NCBI GenBank assembly: GCA_951406725.2
Contig: OX597815.1
Span: 138,074,001 to 138,138,000 of the forward strand
DNA: 64,000 bases
From: Octopus vulgaris
Lineage: Eukaryota
Direction of reading: 5' to 3'
Below, piece by piece: positions 56,338 through 64,000 of this stretch (the stretch's first letter is position 1; every line of letters begins with the position of its first letter). Under the pieces are notes generated by a model that worked only from the letters and a program-made list of their open reading frames with translations, did not search any database and was not told where the DNA came from. The position numbers were made by a program, and so were the translations under genes.

Positions 56338-57559
56338 GGTGGTGTAGAAATATCACTCCAAGAAATGTTATACTTCTTGCCCATATTTCAACTATTAACA
56401 GCAGTTACAAAACTTAGCTTGTAAAATATTTTGTGTTATCTAAGAAAAAATTAGTTTGGGATTTGGAAAAATATTCTGGATCTTTTGTCTTTAATATTAT
56501 TTGATTAAAAACAATTGCAGTTCTAATTTAAAAGGTTACTACCTTATATATAGATGATAGGTTGTGGGAGATGATCAAGATAGCAACAAACCTGACAAGA
56601 TGAAGCGTAGTCATTAGTGCAATACATCATCATTCAAGGTTCCATTCAAATGTTTACCACCGCAGGGTTAGTAAAATACTGGTGTTATATCCCTAACCGA
56701 ATCCCTGTTGACCGCAAGCAAGGAAAAGAAATCTTAGTCGCTTTTATGGATTAACTATAATCATGTTTGACAAATAATTTTGATAAAGACATAAATCGTT
56801 AAAAGAAAAAAAAAACATCAAGAATACTTATATAAAACAATAAAATATTCACATAAAACATCTTTAAAAAGAAATGGAAATATAGCCATTCTCAAATTGA
56901 TGTTTGAATGATCAAACATCATTAGATGTTTGATATTCTGACTAATGAGTCCTTTGGTATGTACTATTACCAGAAATATTTGAAGTGATAATGTTTTAAC
57001 TCCGTTACAAGAAACGTTAAAATTGACTGCGCTTTGATACGCTTTGATAACATTAACAACAGTGGCAAAGAAAGTAAGAAACAAAATATCTATAAATGAA
57101 TATATATAAATCTATTGCTTATGAAGCTGATGAAAGACACGCAAGAGAGAAAGCAACATTATTTATTCCACCTGGAGATGGAGATCTTCCTAGCAGTTTA
57201 ATAAAAATAACACGCTACCTATTAATCCATGGAGTATTCCCCTATTGATGATAGAAGTAAATGAGAAGAACCGCTCAACACGTTCTTATACAAGTAATGT
57301 TTAAATAAGGTTGGTCATCAAATTTTCAAGAGAAAATGCTTTCAAATGATGTAAGTAACAGTCCTTTTAATTTGCCTCACGTTAATGAATAGATATTGGG
57401 ATAGGATACGTCTTTCGCTTCGGCTGCATTACAGCTAAAAGTGTTAGGCTTAAAATATATGTAAGGTCGTCCTAAAACATGTAAGTAGCTTTATTGTTAT
57501 ACACACATACATACATACGTACGTACGTACATACATACATACATACATACATACATACA

Positions 57560-57591
<32 letters not shown>

Positions 57592-57610
57592 CATACATAC
57601 ATATATATAT

Positions 57611-57935
57611 GTAAGTAGCTTGCTTACCAACCACATGGTTCTGGGTTCAGTCCGACTGCGTGGTGCCTTGGGCAAAATATATATATATATATATATGTAT
57701 ATATGTGTGTGTGTATGTCTGTGTGTCTGTGTTTGTCCCCCTAACATTGCTTGACAACCGATGCTGGTGTGTATACGTCCCAGTAACTTAGCGGTTCGGC
57801 AAAAGAGCCCAGATAGAATAAGTACTAGGCTTACAAAAAATAAGATCTGGGGTCAATTTGTCGGCTAAAGGCGGTGCTCCAGCATGGCCGCAGTCAAATG
57901 ACTGAAACAAATAAAAGAACAAAAGAATAAAAGAA
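57611..57935 (+). mobile_element. SINE family A, internally deleted
   Basis: gtaagtagcttgcttaccaaccac head and ggcggtgctccagcatggccgcagtcaaatgactgaaac tail. Confidence 0.88.
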
Positions 57936-57953
57936 TACGTATATATACATACA

Positions 57954-57999
<46 letters not shown>

Positions 58000-58038
58000 T
58001 ATACATCTATATATATATATATACATATATATATATAC

Positions 58039-58134
<96 letters not shown>

Positions 58135-58505
58135 ACATACATACATACATACATATAGTGGGTAGCGATTTTCTTCACTACTTCAGGGAGTGATGACCCT
58201 ACCTGACACGAATCCCTGGCTCAGCTGGCTCCAGCTGACAGTACCCGGTATGGGCCCCTATCCAGGGTTATGGAAAAGAGACGACCTTTAAAGAAATCCG
58301 GTGTGGTGTCCGTAGGCAGTTTAGTGTTCGACTCGACACTCTTACAGCAGCTCCTGCAACCATGCTGGTGCCAAACGTAATACTCTGCACTCCTTTGGGC
58401 AGCGTCAGTAAGGTCGAGAGAGGAATCCTGACGATTGGGATACCCAGGATTTTCTTACATCTAGCCCAGGCCTGCGCGAAACTGGAGAGGACATGAAACG
58501 TGAAA

Positions 58506-58745
58506 AGGCGGCGAGCTGGCAGAATCGTTAGTACGTCGGGCGAAATGCTCATCAGTATTTCATCTGTCGCTACGTTCTGAGTTCAAATTCCGCCGAGGTC
58601 GACTTTGCCTTTCATCCTTTTGGGGTCGATTAAATAAGTACCAGTTACGCACTGGGGTCGATATGATCGACTTAATCCGTTTGTCCGTCCTTGTTTGTCC
58701 TCTCTTTGTTTAGCCCCTTGTGGGTAGTAAAGAAATAGGATTAGT
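58506..58745 (+). mobile_element. SINE family B with alternative 3' tail
   Basis: ggcggcgagctggcagaatcg..gtcgactttgcctttcatcc..then tccgtttgtccgtcc..gccccttgtggg. Confidence 0.88.
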
Positions 58746-58806
58746 TTATGCGCAACGCCATTGTCTCCCGAGACAAAAGGATGCCAACAAAAACAACAAC
58801 AATAAC

Positions 58807-58843
<37 letters not shown>

Positions 58844-58894
58844 ACACACACACACACACTCACACACACTGACACACACACACATATACAAGAA

Positions 58895-59225
58895 GGCTCA
58901 TGGTTCAGAGGTTAGAGCGTCGATCATACGACCATAAGGTTGTGAGTTCGAATCCCAGACCGGGCTGCGTGTTGTGTTCTTGAGCAAGACACTTTATTTC
59001 ACGTTGCTTCAGTTCACTCACCTGTAGAAATGATTTGCGACGTCACTGACGCCAAGCTGTATCGGCCTTTGTCTTTCCCTTGGATAACATCGGTGCCGTG
59101 GAGAGGGGAGGCTGGTATGCATGGGAGACTGCTAGTCTTCCACATACAACCTTGCCTGGACTTGTGACTAGGAGGGTAACTTTCTAGGTGCAATTCCATG
59201 GTCATTCCAAACTGAAGGGGGTCTC
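58895..59225 (+). mobile_element. SINE family C, full length
   Basis: gaggttagagcg..gagttcgaatccc..collinear with 42898 and 53800. Confidence 0.88.
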
Positions 59226-59245
59226 CGACTCCGATATATATATAT

Positions 59246-60170
59246 AAGTTATTTCACTCCACACGGGTATAAATATAGGAAAAATAGAAGTTGAAAATGC
59301 ACTGAGAATAGTTAAAATATTTTTATTATTATATTAACAAATTTTACCGGTTTCACAGTTTACACTGATTTTCAAAAATTTGAAATAGAAAGACGTGGCT
59401 TATGCCGCAGCTGTTTTGCTTCTGACTAGTGTTTGAAGCTTGCTCTAATTTTATAGGGTGTTCATTGTTCAAATTAGTATATGTTTTGCATAGGGTTTGT
59501 CTGCTAGAGGATAGTCACATAGACATAGAAATTTTTGCAGGTTCCTCGCTACGTCCGTGTGTTAGCATCAAGTGACAATGTTTAGCGTTGCAAGTTAAGG
59601 TTGACACGGTTGACTGAACAAGTCTAGTGGTAGGACTAAACAATCAATGCTTTGAATGTTTTCTGTCAAGTGTTTGTAGAGAATGAACATGTGATTAAGT
59701 TTAGAACCTTTTGTACATTTCCCGTCACGTCTGTGCATTAATGTCACGTGGCCGTATATTTTGCGCCTAAAATGGAGGCCGACACGATTGATTGAACAGG
59801 TTTAGTTACAATCAAGGCACTCCAAATTTAATCTGTCTGGTGGGAGAGTAGACAGGAGTCGTTTGTATGTAGTTCAGTGACTAAAGTTTAGGTTGTTAGC
59901 TGTGTAGGTTCCTCATATTAAGTGGAAGAATGAGTTTCGTGTGTGAATAGTTAGTTGTGTGTGTACTTTGTTTTTTGTTGGCTGGGTTTGGAAGATCATT
60001 TTTTTGTGTTCAGTAACGGTTCGTACCTCCTGATGATGAATTCTTCTTTATATTTCCGGAAAAGTTCGTTGTCCGAAGGGGAAGATTGTGAATTTGCCCT
60101 TTCGATATGATGCAAAGTGTCCACTGCAAGTGGTGTTTCTGACAGAGGGGTCTTTAATTTGTTGTTTGTG
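59246..60170 (-). mobile_element. Penelope-like element 3' end: endonuclease (GIY-YIG) domain C-terminus, 3' UTR and hammerhead
   Basis: Minus strand HKQQIKDPSVRNTTCSGHF..GKFTIFPF, then after a frameshift FRKYKEEFIIRRYEPLLN*, matching the PLE terminal R..E..I....P.LN pattern; ends at (TA)n. Confidence 0.8.
59338..59382 (-). ncRNA. Minimal type I hammerhead ribozyme, U3-A8 core variant
   Basis: caaattt TTGAAAA t cag tgtaaa ctg t GAAA ccgg TA/ aaatttg; 7-bp stem I, palindromic stem III. Confidence 0.75.
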
Positions 60171-60379
60171 TATGTATACATACATACATAAATGTATATG
60201 TGTATACATATATATATGAAATTATAATAAAACATGCTTAGACCATAACTAGATATGGTGGTATCTCTTAGATACCCTTAATTATAATTTTAATAATAAG
60301 TATTTCCTATCAGTTTTTTATACCCATGCTAGCCACCTGATATGATCGGTATTTTGAATAACGATCTTATATATATATA

Positions 60380-60517
60380 CTAGCAGTATCGCCCGGCGTT
60401 GCTCGGATTTGTAAGGGAAATAACTATAAAGCATTTTTAGAGAGTTATAGCCAAAAAATGGAAAAAAACGATGGTAAATTTTTTTTGAGAGTAACTCAAA
60501 AAGGGGGAAATTATGAC

Positions 60518-60520
<3 letters not shown>
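60380..60520 (-). mobile_element. Helitron-like 3' terminus
   Basis: Minus strand ccgagcaacgccggg hairpin followed by CTAG-T. Confidence 0.7.
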
Positions 60521-60590
<70 letters not shown>

Positions 60591-60616
60591 CATACATATA
60601 TACATACATACATACA

Positions 60617-60647
<31 letters not shown>

Positions 60648-61070
60648 TAATACAAAACAATATGTGGTCACTCTAACGCTAGATATAGATCCGCAAAGGG
60701 AATCCGCCACTAAAGAATTGTTCTCAAGAATTAATTCAACACGCCAAAAATGTAAGCGAGCAGGACAAATGAAAAATAACGAAAAAATAGATTAACTCTA
60801 TACAATTGCTTCATCGTTAATAGATTATGTAGTTTTACTTACATAAGTAATTTCGAATCATCAGTAGAGTACATCAGAAATATAATTTGTCGAACCGAAC
60901 GGCAAAATCCACACGAAGTCGAATAGAGACGAACGGTACAGCCGATTATATTCGCAGTTACATTTAAATGCCCTCATTCTGGCGCGTAAAATCGACGGAT
61001 GTAAATACTGCCCAAATAATTTACTGCCGGTTTGAGAACATATTAATTTATAATTACATATATATGAATT

Positions 61071-61151
<81 letters not shown>

Positions 61152-61430
61152 TATATGTAAATATGTGTATATATATATACACATATACATACCTATATAT
61201 ACATATACGTAGAAGACAACATCAATATATATGTTTGTGTGTGTTTTTATATATGTACTTATGTTATACATGTTATATAAGGCGTGACAGATATGTAATA
61301 ATCTACATATGGAAACTCTGGAAGTGCTAGCACCTAATTTCGGCATTGAATGTTATATATATGTCAGAACTGGGCGAATGAAAAAACATATACATGCATA
61401 TACATGTATATATATGTATGCATATTTATG

Positions 61431-61466
<36 letters not shown>

Positions 61467-61522
61467 CACATAAACATTGCATATATGTATACAATATACA
61501 TATATAAACATATATATACATT

Positions 61523-61637
<115 letters not shown>

Positions 61638-62333
61638 ATCTGTCTATCTGTCTGACTGACTGTCTGTCTGTCTGACTGTCTGTTGTCTGTTTGTTTATTT
61701 AGTTTCCATTCAAAACATAAATTCGCTCTAAGCATACACTCATTGAGACACACATAACATACACACACACATATATATATATATATATAAACACGCGTTC
61801 ACACACACACACACACACACGCGTGCACACGCACACACACACAAACACATGCGCGCGCACACGCACATATACGAGCAAGTTGGGTAATTGGTAAAATGCC
61901 AGAGCGATAATTTGATTTTCAGCTTCCATTAATTAAGAAGAAAATTAAGCCATGTTGAATATATGTTTTATTAATAAAGTAAATCTGGTAATTTTACAGC
62001 TAATTGGCCCCTTACTAACTCGATTCTCTGGCTAATGTCATGCGGAATTTCCTCAATCTGATAATGCCTCTCGGTAGACCACCCTTATTGTTTGGTTATG
62101 TGGAGCCATGATAATTAATTCCTACTTCTGGAAACTGCAATGTACAATTGCAGTGGGAGAAGCACAAGAATAAGAGATCTAAATCGATTGTTTTAAATGT
62201 CTCTCCTTGACCTTTGTTTATTGCCATCGCAAAACATGACTTGTATGGGAAGAGAAGACATCAGACTTTCTCAGGGGTGCTCAATGTCTGACAGGGGATG
62301 GTGGAGTTCTTGGTCGGAGGACAATTTCACATT

Positions 62334-62440
62334 TGTAAGGACCACAGGAAAGAATAGCTTCAATGATGTTAGCAAGGAGCTACAATGTAAGGACCACAGG
62401 AAAGAATAGCTTCATTGATGTTAGCAAGGAGCTACAATGT
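62334..62440. repeat. 52-bp tandem duplication
   Basis: tgtaaggaccacaggaaagaatagcttca..gctacaa occurs twice. Confidence 0.9.
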
Positions 62441-62746
62441 ATGGATATGAATATATACATATATATTCCTGCACCCACGCACACACACACACGCGCCCGC
62501 GCGTACATATTAGTAGTATTTATTGTATATTTGTGTGTGGTTATGTAGCTAAATTAACAGATGCGTCTTTTGTTGCATGTTATTGCTTGAATATATATAT
62601 ATATATACATATATGTATCAATAATAATAAGGGTAAAATTAATTTATAATTAATAATTTTACCAAGCAGTGTTCAGTATATAAAGGACCATTTACGGATA
62701 TTTAAAATATTACTTTATATAATTATATGAACCCTAATTATATAAA

Positions 62747-62793
<47 letters not shown>

Positions 62794-62797
<4 letters not shown>

Positions 62798-63243
62798 ATT
62801 TAGGAATGGTCATTTTGCCAGTTTAACCAATAAAAACACACGCACTATATATTTGGTGTTAATTTGCTTCAGTTTTATTTATTTTTTACATTAATCTTAA
62901 TCTTATTTCTGCTAGAGTTCTTTCGTTACGCTTCTGCGACCTCATCAGTGGTCCTTTGCTGACCGTTAGGAAGGAGAGACACACAAATAAGAAAGAAGAA
63001 AGCGAAGGACCACTGATGAGATCACAGAAGTGTGACGAAAGAACTCTGGCCGAAATAAGATTAAGATTAATGTAAAAAATAAATAAAACTGAAGCAAATT
63101 AACACCAAATATATAGTTCGTGTGTTTTTATTGGCTTAACTGGCAAAACGACCATTCCTAAATACAAAGTTTGTATTGTGGAAACAACATCTGTTTCGAC
63201 ACACGATTTCACATCAAGAATCTTGCAAAACAAATATATAAAC

Positions 63244-63246
<3 letters not shown>
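62794..63246 (+). mobile_element. PLE-like terminus with a 167-bp inverted duplication containing the hammerhead
   Basis: Arms 62794-62960 and 63001-63167, 40-nt spacer, (TA)n on both sides. Confidence 0.8.
63007..63051 (+). ncRNA. Minimal type I hammerhead ribozyme (mirror copy at about 62910-62954, minus strand)
   Basis: ggacca CTGATGA g a tcaca gaag tgtga c GAAA g aa c TC/ tggcc. Confidence 0.78.
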
Positions 63247-63313
<67 letters not shown>

Positions 63314-63380
63314 ATATAATAAAACGATCTATGAATTTTAAAACGCATGCCAATGTTCTAAATATTCAACAAACACACAC

Positions 63381-63470
<90 letters not shown>

Positions 63471-63479
63471 ATATATATA

Positions 63480-63749
63480 CATCTGATATTTTGGTGTTTT
63501 CCCTCCATATCTACGTGAATTATTTTTGAGTAAACACTATCTGGGAGACTCTTCTTAAAGTAGAAGAAATGGCTAAAAAAATTTTTTGGCTGCTATTTCT
63601 AAAAATTTCAGTATGTGGCAAAGTAAATTATTTTACTAAGCCCTAATTATATAACGTAATATTTTGAATACGCCTTGAATGGTCCTTTTACATACTGAAC
63701 ACTACTTGGTGAAATTAATTAATAATTAATTGATTTTACCCTTAATCAT

Positions 63750-63752
<3 letters not shown>
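63480..63752 (+). mobile_element. PLE-like 3' terminus, 27165 family
   Basis: ctatttct..ttcagtatgtggcaaagta..tactaagccc..ttttaccctt followed by (TA)n. Confidence 0.65.
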
Positions 63753-63819
<67 letters not shown>

Positions 63820-64000
63820 GCCCTGTACCAATTTTCTCCCTCTTACTACTGACACGTGACTTGTGTGGTCATTCTTCTTTTTCTCTTTCTCCTTTCTTTA
63901 TCACACCGATCGCTGAAGAAATCAGTCCAGTCATATTTTCTGTTGTCTCCCTCTTCAACCTGTTTTGCCCTCTGTTGTCCTTCTGCTTCTAAACCTTTAG

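Noticed and set aside
58895-58965. tRNA gene
   Set aside because: A and B boxes are present but continue into a SINE body with no acceptor stem; it is a SINE head

Overview
AT-rich eukaryotic DNA saturated with microsatellites. The repeat repertoire (tRNA-headed SINE families, RTE, CR1-like and R4/Dong-like LINE debris, mariner and Helitron relics, long (TA)n/(TACA)n/(TATC)n tracts) is typical of an octopus genome; the species assignment is inference. No host protein-coding gene could be supported, and most ORFs in the track are microsatellite artefacts or decayed transposon fragments. The main signal is a dense set of short, mostly non-coding Penelope-like element (PLE) termini embedded in (TA)n tracts. 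Several unrelated families each carry a minimal type I hammerhead ribozyme (about 18.3, 27.0, 45.0, 49.5, 59.4 and 63.0 kb, plus a degenerate family in five copies). Two of these have a compensatory U3-A8 core pair, and one lies downstream of a recognisable PLE endonuclease C-terminus. Many insertions form near-perfect foldbacks or 1.3-mer partial tandems (481 and 643 nt periods), reminiscent of retrozymes. Also seen: a SINE tail shared with CR1-like LINE tails, a tail-to-tail SINE pair, and a local composite duplication about 14 kb apart. All structures were read by eye and coordinates are approximate to a few bases.
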